Origin: Penicillus capitatus
Taxonomy: Eukaryota > Plantae > Chlorophyta
Reading direction: 5' to 3'
DNA length: 64,000 nt
Assembly: GCA_965649825.1 (NCBI GenBank)
Contig: OZ287700.1
Coordinates: 62,001-126,000 of the forward strand
The notes below the pieces were generated by a model, which did not search any database, had not been told where the DNA came from, and saw only the letters and a list, made by a program, of their open reading frames with translations. Made by a program: the position numbers and the translations under genes. Of the stretch, positions 1 through 11,809 are shown in pieces. Position 1 is the stretch's first letter. Each line of letters starts with the position of its first letter.

Positions 1-2082
1 CTCTCCCCCCTGTAAAGACAACGAAACACGTTTGTCAGGTCAAGAGATAGATCTGTGTCTGCTCACTTTCTCTTCTTCTGCAACAGGCAATGCTTGTCCA
101 GACTGAGACGTTGTCTTGACATCGTCTGGGGGAACTGCAGGGCTCTCGATGGAAGAATCCTGATCGAGATCTGTTGTCATCATTCGCAGCTTTCTGCGAC
201 AACGTTGTGCTGCCATGAATCGGACAACATTTCTGATGCGATCCCATCGACTCTGGACGACGGTACCTTTACCAGATGGTTTATTCAGATGGTGTCTGCA
301 TAGACTGTCCCAGTGGCTTACGGAATTTTTCAGGGGTTTGCGTATGAGCTGAGTCTGCTGTCAGTTTCACAAAACCGTCGCTGCGATCTGAACGTGTGTT
401 CTTTTCATCAGAATGCCCGGAAACTAGGATTCGAAATCATGGCATCCAGAGTATAGACTCTGTTTTCTCACTCTGCGCAGTGGAAGCATTTTGACCATCT
501 CCCAGTCCACGGGGCTTGTGGACGAGAGAAAAAGGAGACGGTCCTTTCTCATCGGATGACGTATCTTCAGAATCGGAATTCTTATCTGGGCAAGGAAGAG
601 GCTTTGATAAATTGATCACTGACAACAAACACACAACAACTCAGCATGTGACATCAGGCACTGGGCTTGGGGCATCGTACAGTCCTCTATTTCCTGTTGG
701 TTGAATTGTGTAATGTGTGATGCCCTCTTGAACATCGATCGCCTGTCCTTCACAGAATTGGAAGACGGACGAACACCAGGCGACGGTGAATGCCCCTTTG
801 ATGAAAATAGATTGGTAGGAAGAAAACCCGACATAGACAGGAGGTTTTACCGGAACAGGTGCACTCATGAATTTGGGAACGTCCGTAGAACCCAGGCGGT
901 ACAGAAAGTTCTCCAGGATGGGGACAATGTCTTTGAATGTGGGTCTCTTTTCTGGAGTTCCTTTCCAACATTGCTTGATCAATTTGCAATAGTCTGTATA
1001 AACAGGGCATGGACCGCCCAACAGCTCATTGTTCGGTGGAATCGCCGGTCGTTCGTTTTTGAAAACGGTCCCAAAGAGAACGGCCGCTGGATTTCGGGGT
1101 CCGCCATCTGTCTCGTAAGGAAACTTCCACGTCATCAGTTCCCACAGAATTGTTCCAAAAGGATAAACATCGGAGGCCCGTGAGAATTTCATTCCTTGCA
1201 AGATTTCTGGGGCCAGCCAATGAGGATTGTTGGCGGCAATCGAATTCGTGACAACTTGTGCATCCATGAACCTATCCACACCACCCCGCCCTTGTCACAA
1301 AAGCAATCATATCTCATTCAACGACTCGGCCACCTTGCTGTGTTAAAATCGCAGATCTTGCAGTTGAGATTCTCATCCAATAGCAGATTTGGACTCTTCA
1401 AATCTCGATGAAGAACTGGGCAACAGTCTCTGTAGTGCAGGTATTGCATACCACAGGCCACATCGAATGCAATACGCAATCGTCTAACCCACGACAGTCT
1501 CTCTGCATATTCACTATCCTTCCGAGCGTTTTCTGAGAAAACAAGAAAGCACATGAGAAGACCATCTGATGGTCATTCCGTGATGTCATGTATACCAATG
1601 AAATCAAACAGCGACAGATGGGCACAGTATTCTGTGACGATTGCCGCTGGTTCGAGGCACACTCCATAGAACTGCACGATCGGTGCAAAACTGAGACTCT
1701 TCAAAATACGGACTTCCCGTTCCAAGGCGACAACCAAATCGGCAACTTGTTTCTTCTTGGCATCACTCAACTGCTCGGGTGTCTTCTCTTCGGACTCAAC
1801 GAGAAGTCCGACCCGCGACACCGAATTCTGAACGTTAAGTACTTTTACAGCGACGTCCTGATCGTAGAGGCGGCCTTTAAAGACGGTACCGAAGCTGCCA
1901 CGACCAATGCGCTTGCGGAGGACTAACTCCGACCGTTTAATGAAAACCACATCGTCCAGTGTTGGCGGCAAGAGCGTCTTAGAGATATGTTCTCCTTCAT
2001 TCATTCTTGGCGGCGAAATCGAGCTTCCGCCGACACGGTTACCCGTGCGTTTGAAGTTGCTCAAGGGAAAGGGCGGTAGCAT
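1..2082 (-). CDS. Raf-like/TKL (CTR1/EDR1-type MAPKKK-like) protein kinase, multi-exon, 3' end runs off the window start
   Basis: Kinase motifs are spread over ORFs 1573-2082 (IGRGSFGTVFKG, VAVK), 1318-1554 (HRDLKSPNLL, CDFN) and 641-1279 (APE, SDVYPFG, RPTF). GT-AG introns re-join downstream frames into a low-complexity C-terminal tail that continues past position 1. Confidence 0.9.
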
Positions 2083-2099
2083 GAGGCCGAGTCGCCAAG

Positions 2100-3779
2100 A
2101 TGAATCACATTCTCTGCATCAGTCCGCGGCCGTGGCGTCAAAATGACCTATGCCATCACACACGAAGAGTGGCCACGTCGCATGTGCGCTTGCTTCTAGC
2201 ACTTCACAAACGAAGACATGTTCTCGCAGACTGCTGGATGAAACGGGTCAGACGGAAGAAGGTCCATGCATTGTCCTCCTGCATTGTTGTGAGAAACGAT
2301 GGTGCCGACGGCGTGATTGTAGAGCAGGATGACGATGAGAGACATGTGCCACTGTGGTTGTGTTTTGTTATTCCTCTGATAAGTGCTATCGTTGGGTATA
2401 CAACAAATGTCATTGCCCTTCGAATGTCGTTCTATCCGTTAGAATTTACTGGAGTGAAGGTAGCTTCTCGCTTCTGCAGATGAGAGTGGTTCTGGGTGGC
2501 CAGTTGCATCTTGTAGTTATGGCAACCTGCTGGTCAGCCATTTGGACTCTTTGGCTGGCAAGGGATTGTGCCGGCGAGAGCGCGGATCATGGCGTCACGT
2601 TTGACGGAGCTCTTTCTGAATCGGCTCCTGGATTTGGAAGATATGTTCTCCAGAATCGATCCAGAAGTTGTAAGAAAGCAATGTGAACCCGCCACACAAG
2701 TGCGATCTAACACACTTCACCGCAACGCCCCTTAACACATAAGATCGATGTACGACAGGTCCTGACCGATCGCATTGTCAAAGAAACAATGGACTTGTTT
2801 GCGCCTGATGTGTATGAAAATCTACACGGCCAGACGAAGAGAGAAATTCGATCAGCTGTATCCGATCAGTCGGCGGAGATGGTGTCGATGCTGATGTCGG
2901 AAACGCAGTCCAGAATTCTCGACCTCTTGAATCTCATCGCACTCATGGGTCGGCTCGCCGAAGAGAACAAGGAACTCGTCGTCCGAATGTTCCTCGAGAT
3001 CGGACAAAGGGAGTACAGATTCATCGAACAGTCAGGGTTCTGGTTCGGATTGCTCTTCGGTTGTGTGCAGGTGAGATTCCATTGCCGTGCCCGGATCAAT
3101 GTTTTGTCTGTCAGGCATCGATCTACTATTTCTATGATGCCTGGTGGATACTACCAACGGCAGGTCTCTTTGTCGGATGGTTCACGAATTACCTAGCCAT
3201 TACGCTGATTTTTCAGCCGACCGATCCAATCCATATCTGTGGCTACACCATTCAAGGTGTCTTCCTCAAAAGACAGCAGGAAGCATCGATCTCCATTGCA
3301 GACTTATCCCAGTCCAGCTTCTTGACCATCGATCACATGATGAATGAGATCGTCTTTGGTGTGTCCTCTCTTCTCGTACAATGCTAAACATACTCTCAGG
3401 TGATGGACACCATGTCTTTAATGAGATCCTACATACGATCACGAAGCGACACATCTCCAAAATGACGAGTGGAGTGGCAGGTGTCCTGTCATCCTTGATA
3501 TTCTCTTCGGAGTTTCCACAGAGACTGGAGAGCGTCATAGTATCGATCACCCAGAGTGAAATGGGCAACATCTGGCCGCTTGCTTACAATCACATCGAGG
3601 AGGCAATGAATTTGAGAGAGACGTTGCGAACACAGCTACAAGCCTTGCCGCCCAAAGAATTTGTGGGGACACTGAGACCTGTATTCCAGGAAGACGAAAT
3701 GAAACTGATCATTGTTGGAGCCCTCCTGGGAATGATTGTCGGATTTATGCAGCAATTTCTCATCTTCCACTGGATCTAA
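2100..3779 (+). CDS. DUF445-family membrane protein (spliced)
   Basis: Hydrophobic segments IPLISAIVGYTTNVIALRMSFYPLEF, GFWFGLLFG, GLFVGWFTNYLAITLIFQP and C-terminal FQEDEMKLIIVGALLGMIVG match the DUF445 pattern I recognise. The start codon is uncertain (2100 or about 2238). Confidence 0.75.
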
Positions 3780-3947
3780 ATTCGCTGTACTGCACAGAGA
3801 AGGCGCGCGTCCATATCTGTATGCATGGCAGCATTTGTTATTTGAGAGAGCCAGAACATGCGCATTAACATATACGATCGATCATCTGTTTTGTAATGAC
3901 AACACTTCTTGCAGGAATGCGTGTCTTTCATGTCTCTCTGTCTCTTT

Positions 3948-5264
3948 TCACATAATGGCGCATCGAGATGTCCCCGAATCTACCAAGTCTCCCACTTTCT
4001 CTCTCACTTCTTCGTCCTGTTCTGCCAATGCCTTCAAAATCAGGAGTGCTTCGTCACTGTAGTCTTCATCCTGTTCATCCGTTTCCGCCTCTGGTTCCGC
4101 TTCTGGATTGCTTTTCTTTCCCCATCCAATGACAGACAGCAATGGCTCTATCAGTGCTGTGCCTTCGCATCCTAGCATGTTGCGATTCGGATTCAGCATG
4201 TTCTTGTTTTGCCGAATGAGATTCCACAAAACGTGAACTGCCATTCCACGATTGTCTTTATCTAGCCATCCATGCACACACTGTTTCCATAGACTGATAA
4301 TTGCAGGAAGATGCAGACCTTGTCGGACGGTATGGGCAATGGGTTTCACGGCGCCTTCCTCACAAAGAAACGCCTGCAGCATACGATGATAAATACTCCT
4401 CTACTGCTGCTGGACAGCAGCTTCTCGAGAGAAAACTCACAGCTGAGGCCGGATGTTGTTCGCAGAGAGATCCCATGAGCACCATCGCCTCTTTCTTGAA
4501 CGGACTCCCTTCTTCTTGCACAATTGCCAGAATGGGCAACATGACTTGATCCAACAGCACAACAACATCATTTCTAACCTAAGAACGGCAAGAAAACATT
4601 CCTATCAGCGATGACTGTAGGGTGGACAGAAAGAACAATTCCTCGATATCTGGAAGGAGTCCATTGAGCTGCTCCAATCTCGTATTGTTGTGATCGAGAA
4701 AATCATGTACAAGACATCGTAGGTAACATGTCTTGTTGACGTGATTGAATGAACAGCAGGAGATCAATGTCTGACTGGCTGCCTCTTTCACGCCTTCCAG
4801 TTTGGAATCCAACAGATTTGTCAGTTTCCTTCACAAGGAAGAGCAAAGAATGAGTGTCTATATCTATTGGCATGTTTGCCGTATCCACTTCACCTGATTC
4901 CTTCGACATCTGCGAGTTCATTTTGAACGGGATTGAAATTTCTTTCCATGAAACCTGTCTCCAGTCCACTCCGCTTTCGAATGGAGACACCTTCGATATT
5001 GGCACACAACGCAGCCACTGTCTCGCACACTTCTATCAATTCTGCTGCCTCTTCTGAAGAGAGAAGAGGAATCAGGGCAGGAATGATGCCAAGGGAAGCC
5101 AGTTCTATTTGCACGACGTAATGGTCGTCGGCTGGGTCTATCAGTTTCTTCAGCGCCTGACAGACCTCGACGACGCGTTTGTGCGATTCTAACAGCTCTA
5201 CGAGTTCGGCAGAATCGGAAGGCAAAGATCCATCATCGTCCTTTTCGACCGCCGCATCGGCCAT
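3948..5264 (-). CDS. Armadillo/ARM-repeat-like helical protein (spliced)
   Basis: Consecutive minus-strand ORFs 4890-5291, 4579-4812, 4360-4560 and 3948-4382 give amphipathic helical repeats (IASLG-type ELASLGIIPALIPLLSS, EGTALIEPLLSVI, ALLILKAL). No specific orthologue recognised. Confidence 0.55.
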
Positions 5265-5374
5265 GTCTCCTGAGCAAGGTAGATAGATCAAAAAAATCCG
5301 TTCCTTTTAATGCATAAACGTTTAGCATTTGTCATGCAACGTGAACAGGGTCAGCGAAGATTTGTTCGGCAGCA

Positions 5375-8300
5375 TTAGACTTTGGTCTTGTCGCCAATAT
5401 CAACCATGACAAGAACCTTCTCTTCCATCATGTCCTTCATCGCCCATCTGATGCCTTCCCTTCCAAAACCCGAATCCTTGACGCCTCCATAAGGCTGAGA
5501 ATCGACACGAACACTCGGCACATGGTTCAATACAACGCCACCCACATCCAGATGTTCAAACGCATAGAATGCCTTGTCCATGTCATGTGTGAAAATGCCA
5601 GTCTGCGACACAAACACGCCAAGGCTCGCATACACTCACTCCACGGTGGTGTGAAGATTCTACCTGCAAACCGAACTCTGAATCATTGACTTTGTCGACG
5701 GCATCTGCAAAGTGTGTGTAGGATTCAATGATCAAAACGGGACCGAAAGCTTCGTCTCGGTAAATTGTCGCTGTTGGTTTCACATTTTCGAGCAATGTGG
5801 CATCATAGAATGCTCCTTCGCGTTTACCTCCAATCAAAACAGCCGCACCATCGTTGACAGCTTCATTCACCCATCTCTCAATACGAATGGCTTCAGATTC
5901 CGCAATCAGTGGACCGATGAATGTGTTCTCATCCTGACAGAGATGCACGACTGAGACAAGACCCGATTGTGGAGATCGTTGTTCACCTTGGGGTCTCCTT
6001 TCTTCAATTTTGAAACGGCATCGACGAGTCGGATTTTGATTTCATTGTAGTGATCTTGACGAATGAGCAGACGCTGCACACTGATACAGGACTGACCGGT
6101 TTGGTAGAAGGCTCCATGGACGACTTTCTCGATGATTGTCTCAACTTCTCCCTCATTCTTCGTGTCTTCCACGATGCAGGCTGCATTTCCTCCAAGCTCC
6201 AGGACTACTTTCTTTTTCCCGGCCCGTGCTTTCATTGGCCAGCCCACCTACAGACACCAAACATGGATGCAGATGGTCATTAAACATGGTTTAACGATGT
6301 ACTCCAGGTGATCCTGTAAATGAGAGGAGTTTGAAGCGTGCATCCACCGTAAACAGATCTGCTCCATCACGACTGCACGGAAGAACAGAGAATGCTCCTG
6401 GTGGCAGATGAGGTGCTTTGCTTAGAATCTCTCCTGCAAATATCAAACAATGCTGAATATGGCGATCCTTTCTCTCAAAGATCTACCGATGATGAGTGCA
6501 CCAATGGGTGTTCTTGATGCCGGTTTAACCACAAAAGGACAGCCCACTGCTAATGCAGGAGCAATCTTGTGTGCTGCCAAATTCAATGGAAAATTAAAAG
6601 GCGAAATCATAGACACGGGACCGATGGGGAATCCACGGACGATTCCTTTGAAGCCGTCTGTCCTCTTGCTGATGTCTAGAGGAGAGTATTCTCCATACAT
6701 ACGTGTTGCCTCTTCTGCTGCAATGGTAAAGGTGTCGATGAGTCGACCCACCTCCCCTCTAGAATCCTTGATGGGCTTTCCTGCTTCGATGCACAGAGCC
6801 ATGGCCAATTCCTCGAATCTTTCTTTGAAATGCGTGACACAGAAATCCAGAATCTCTTTCTTCTGCCAAGAAGACAGAGCTGCCATCGCCGGAGTCGCCT
6901 TCTCAGCAGCTCCAATGGCACGATCGATATCGTCAGCATTGGCCAGTGCCACTTGATATGCCACCTCCCCTAAAATGCCAAGGATCAGAGTTTTTACCTT
7001 GGTGCAGTTCGTGCCAGTCTACCTGTATACTTATCCGTAACCTCGAGATCGTAGTTGGGTTCTTCAGGCTTGTTGGCCAGATAAAATGGATATTGCTTCA
7101 CATCCGCTGCAATTCTTTTTTCCGACCGAGCATCCATTTGCCCATTGAGTGCTGTCTCCTCCTCCTTAATGGGTCCCACTTTTTCAAAGAAAGCTTCTAG
7201 GCTGTCAAGCGTTGCGGATAGATGTGCCTTAAGAGCCGGGACATGCAGAACACTGCTGATGGAGTAATCGATAGGAACATCGATAACGTGCACGCCTGGG
7301 TTCGTAAAACAGTGCTGCAAAAAAGACGAAAACTGCTCTGACTTTTCGACGCGATATCCCTTTGCACCATATGACTCTGCGTACTTCACAAAATCGGGAT
7401 TCGTTAGATCCAGTCCAAAATCGGGGAACTCTCCACCAGTTTGCTTCCATTTGATCATTCCATACGCATTGTCGTTCAGAATCAGCACAGTGATGTGCAA
7501 ATTCAGCATGACTGCTGTTGCCAGCTCTTGAGAATTCATCATGAATCCACCATCTCCACACACAGCAACGACTGTTCTTTCTGGGTAAATCATTTTGGCC
7601 GCCATGGCACTGGGTAATCCAGCACCCATTGTAGCCAGAGCATTGTCCAAAAGCAGAGTATTCGGGTGGTAAGTTTTGAAGTTTCGAGCAAACCATACCT
7701 GCCAAAAACAGCACAGGCATTGTCAAGTGGTTACTATCTCTATCCGTATGCACCTTGTACAATCCATTATCCAAACAAACAATGCCGTCATCTGGAACCG
7801 CTCTGCGCAATGTTTCAAGCAGAAACGGCGGGCTCAGAGGACAGGTGCCCAGATTCACACCAACCTTCAGATGTTCTTCAAAGTTCTCTCGGACGTATTT
7901 GAAGTAGCGCAGATCCCACTTAAGTGTGGTAACCCCTTTCAATCCTTCTTTCAAGCGCCAGATCGTGTTTCCAATATCGCCGACCACTTCCAGGTGAGGG
8001 AAGTACACCTGATCGACCTGAGCCCCGAAGTAGTTAATATGGATCACTTTTCTTTTGTCCGTGAAGTTCATGAAGAACGGAGGTTTCTCAACAACATCAT
8101 GGCCGACCTACATCCATCCAGTTAGCATACACTACACGCCTTAAGTGTTGCAAACACCATCAGTATAAGATCTGCATGATCAATGCATGCATGAATGTAG
8201 TCGGATGTACTGATGGCTGCCGTTCCCATAAAACTGGTGTGTCGTTCATCCACCACCCCTATGTTCAGCCATCTCCCTTGCTCTTTTGTTTTGTGCTGTC

Positions 8301-9195
8301 TGTCGCTGACCTTTTCCCATTTGTGTGTTGCAGAATGGAATGCGCGTCTGATCGATGAACTGTCTCAACATGTTTGATGTAATCTTCCGATTTGCTCCTG
8401 CTGCGATGAGGAGAAGTGGATGTTTTGCTTCCTTGAGCATTTCCAGTGCTCTGGCAATCGCTTTGTCTTCGGCAATCGGACGGCGAACTTTTTCTCGTGC
8501 GTGAATGTATGATTCATCTTCGGGAACCTAAAACGAAGAAGCATTGGGTACGAGGCATGGTGTCGGAGAACTGTCACTCACCATTTCAGCTGCAATATCT
8601 TCTGGCAGTTCCAAATGTGCGGCACCTGGACGTTCTTCTTCTGCAATGCGAAAGGCTTCCCTCGTCGAAGAGGGAATCAGTCCACCATGCACAATCTACA
8701 CGAGCACGAGCAAGCAAACGCATCTCGTTGTTTGGAATGGAAAACGCATTGGCAATACCACATACCTGTTTGGCGAGTTTGGTCACAGGCCTCTGCATAT
8801 TGACCACATCCAGAATCTGAAATGACCCTTGCTTGCTTTTCAGAATAGGCTTCTGTCCTGCGAGTAGACACCATGTTAATGCAAAGAGGCGTTATCAAGT
8901 AGCTACCCGTGATCATGAGCATCGGAAAAGCACCCAACTGTGCGTAGGCGGCGGCCGTTAGGAAGTTTGTGGCTCCGGGTCCAAGAGTTGACAGACAGAC
9001 GCCTGTCTTACCAGTCAATCTGCCAACGGTGGCCGCCATGAAACCTGCTCCCTGCTCGTGACGTGTCACTACCAATTGGATCTTTGACGTCCTCAGCGAC
9101 TCGACGAAATCCAAATTCTCTTCGCCCGGCACACCAAACACATACTCAACACCTTCATTCTCCAATGCTCGAACCAAGAGATCCGACGCCTTCAT
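5375..9195 (-). CDS. Fusion protein: N-terminal ThDP-dependent ALS-like/2-oxoglutarate-decarboxylase-like enzyme (PRK08322 type) + C-terminal ALDH21-type aldehyde dehydrogenase
   Basis: The N-terminus MKASDLLVRALENEGVEYVFGVPGEEN...TRHEQGAGF...GPG is followed by spliced GQKPILKSKQGSFQ, REAFRIAEEERPGAAHLELPED, and the ThDP motif GDGGFMMNSQEL...NDNAYG. The frame continues with no stop into YPFYLANKPEEPNYDLEVTDKYT. A 53-nt intron (7022-6970) then joins G-EVAYQVALA. ALDH motifs follow: SPFNFPLNL, KPASRTP, LELGGN, FYQTGQSC (catalytic Cys), EAFGP, PYGGVKDSGFGREG. Stop at 5375. Confidence 0.92.
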
Positions 9196-9265
9196 CGACC
9201 CAAGCGATTTGAGCAGAACCGGCAGTCAATGACGTGAAAATGGCGAGAAGAGGAATCTCGCATAT

Positions 9266-9295
9266 GATTTATACCACCGTCGGGACATGACGTCA
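9266..9295. promoter_or_regulatory. Candidate TATA box (minus strand TATAAAT, 9267-9273) and palindromic TGACGTCA (9288-9295) in the divergent promoter between the fusion gene and the DHHC gene
   Basis: Both motifs read directly from the sequence; the TATA-like site is about 72 nt upstream of ATG 9195. Function is not demonstrated. Confidence 0.3.
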
Positions 9296-9536
9296 CAGAG
9301 TGGCTCATGGCACCATACGTGGCACATGCATGACACGATGTCAGTTGCACCAACGACAGAATTCTCTCCCTACTGTCCGGCATGACATATGCTCTCGTAC
9401 AGGGTTGTTATATGGAAGCCGTAAGACAGGTACAGGTACAGAAAACGTCCATAACGTTTAATGATCGGCGTCTCGACATTCAGCTCTAACGGTTCCACCG
9501 TTTCCTATCTTCTTACCATCGCACTGTGCCGTTTCC

Positions 9537-10868
9537 ATGGATGAGCCATTACTGAGGAGAACAGACCAAACAGTAGCCCTGCAACGCGGTTTGATCTTTT
9601 CAGAACTTAAATCGCCTTTGAGTGCGTTCGTCTGGTCTGGCTCGAAAACGCAGTCACCCTCGTTCTCTTGCACTCTAGTCTTGGGATGCTTTATTCTCGG
9701 CGCAGCGGCAATGGGGTTTGGCATCAGGTGTGTACAGATGACTATTCCTAAAAAGAGTGAACAGGACACTCCAGTGTTCGAGGTCTTCCCTTCTGGTTTC
9801 AGTTCCCTATCATGATCCTGACTCTGTCTTGCGTCGTCTGTTTTGCTCTGACCATCACGATTGATCCAGGAATTATCCATCCGAATGTTATTGACGGTAT
9901 GCCTGCCCTGCCGACTGCGTCTCATACGAATGAAGGTGTCGTGTGGCATCGTGGTCTGGACAGACCCTATCATCGCGCGTTTCGATTTGGATCTCCGACC
10001 ACAGACACACACAGATGAAAACTATCGATATCGTTGTGAAAATGATCGAATTATGAGACTTCCACTAGAATGCGATGAAAATATTGAACTGCACCATTGG
10101 GAGAAATACTGTGTGACCTGTAAACTCTGGAGACCGCCGAGGGCGCATCATTGTCGCAAATGTGGTTACTGTATGGTGAGAGGCAAGTTTGTTTGTTTGA
10201 TTCTGTCAACGTCGACGACACAGAAAAAACACGCAACATGTGATCATCTTTATGTCTGATGGCGTGTGCCTGTAGGAACGCTTTGATCATCACTGTGCTG
10301 TACTGGGCACCTGCATTGCAAAAAATAACCATCGCTTCTTCTCACTCTTTCTCCTGTGCGCGCATGTCGGGTGTGCCTTGTTTGCAGCAGGTGGTATCTG
10401 GAGACTAGATCGAATGCAGTTCCCTCGGTACATACCACAGTCGATAGAGGCTTCGATAGATAACATGCGCTCTGTGGATGCAGGCAGCCAAATTCATGGA
10501 AAGATAGTGAAATGTTTCTGATTTTGGTGCTCATCGTCATCTACTCTTACATCTACCTTCTGCTTTTCTTCGGCCTGGGTCACTGTCTCTTCATCCTTCT
10601 CGGTCCATCTGTATTCTCCTGAATGCACACCACAGCTGAGGTTGAATGTATTGCAGATGTCACCACAAAAGATCTGATAGTGGATGCTCATGTCTGGCGA
10701 GACAAGCCCTGTTGTTCTCGGCGGCGCAGTCCCTATGCTTTGTTCAAGAATTTCTTGGGGGTCTGCTTTGCCCCAGTGGGAACTAGATTTATTCATCCTT
10801 TGAATGTGGACCGGGATGAATTCGGGTATCAGGGTTCTCGTAATGAAGATTTGATGTTAGGCGCTTAA
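9537..10868 (+). CDS. DHHC-type protein S-palmitoyltransferase (spliced)
   Basis: CVTCKLWRPPRAHHCRKCGYCM splices to ERFDHHCAVLGTCIAKNNHRFF. Flanking transmembrane segments and a DPG motif are present. Confidence 0.92.
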
Positions 10869-11008
10869 TTCAATAATGTGAAACAAAATCACTGACAATA
10901 TGCATATAATAGGCGATGTCACGTCATGCGCTTCGACAGAAGGCGGATAGGAAGGTTTTGAGGCAGAACAGACGTGACGGGTAAGGCTACGGCATGAAAA
11001 GACGGAAT

Positions 11009-11080
11009 GGGGAACGCCGGGAATTGAACCCGGGGCCTCTTGCACCCAAAGCAAGAATCATACCTCTAGACCACGTTCCC
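11009..11080 (-). tRNA. tRNA-Pro (anticodon UGG), intronless
   Basis: Reverse complement is GGGAACGTGGTCTAGAGGTATGATTCTTGCTTTGGGTGCAAGAGGCCCCGGGTTCAATTCCCGGCGTTCCCC. It has a 7-bp acceptor stem, anticodon arm CTTGC-TTTGGGT-GCAAG and a GTTCAA T-loop, with TTTT shortly downstream. Confidence 0.96.
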
Positions 11081-11809
11081 ATACGAGGTCACATTCCAGC
11101 CAAACAATGTACTCCTTGGATGTTGTAACGAGGCAGAAGGAGAGAGCAAACAGACAAGGATGATGACAAAACATGTCGCCCGAAGCTTAGCCATAACACC
11201 TTAGAGGCTCACAACTGGACAGCCGGGCCTTCGCTTTCCCCATTAGTGAATGTTGACGTGACTTTCTGAACGGCGTTCCAAGAAAAGACGTTCGAAGAAG
11301 AGAAAACGATGGTACTCTGAAAGACTTCGAAGAGCATTTGATACGGTATGCCAAATGCTGTGCTTAGAAACCAGACAAATTCGTTGACTCGAAGAATATT
11401 CTGATGCATCTTTCATCAAAGCACCCATCGCCTGTGTGGACTGCTGCCAGACAATTGGCATTCTGTTTGCTTCAAAACCTCAACAAGGTGTTGTGAAGCA
11501 CGATGCAGAAGTCGATTGTGATCTATTTCCGTTCTGATGCACAGTTTTCCCCTCAGTCTGACAAACCAGCCCGATTAGTTTCCTTTTCTTCAGAGAGATA
11601 GATCTTGCTGCATGTGCAGCTGGCAAGTGAATGTTCATTGCCATGATGCGACCTGACAAAGAGAAATGAGAGAAAGGGGATCACGCAGGATGCGGATTGG
11701 CAATGGGTGATCTCCTGATGGTTCTCCTTCTTGACCATCCATACCGCTTCGTTGACAAAATGTATCTGTGAGCCACATATGACGCTCTTCACTCAGATTT
11801 TCATTTGTT

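Noticed and set aside
6443-6964. ALDH as an independent gene starting at the ORF-track GTG 6964
   Set aside because: The conserved ALDH N-terminus (YPFYLANKP...VTDKYT) lies upstream in the ThDP-enzyme frame and joins via a canonical 53-nt intron, so it is part of the fusion.
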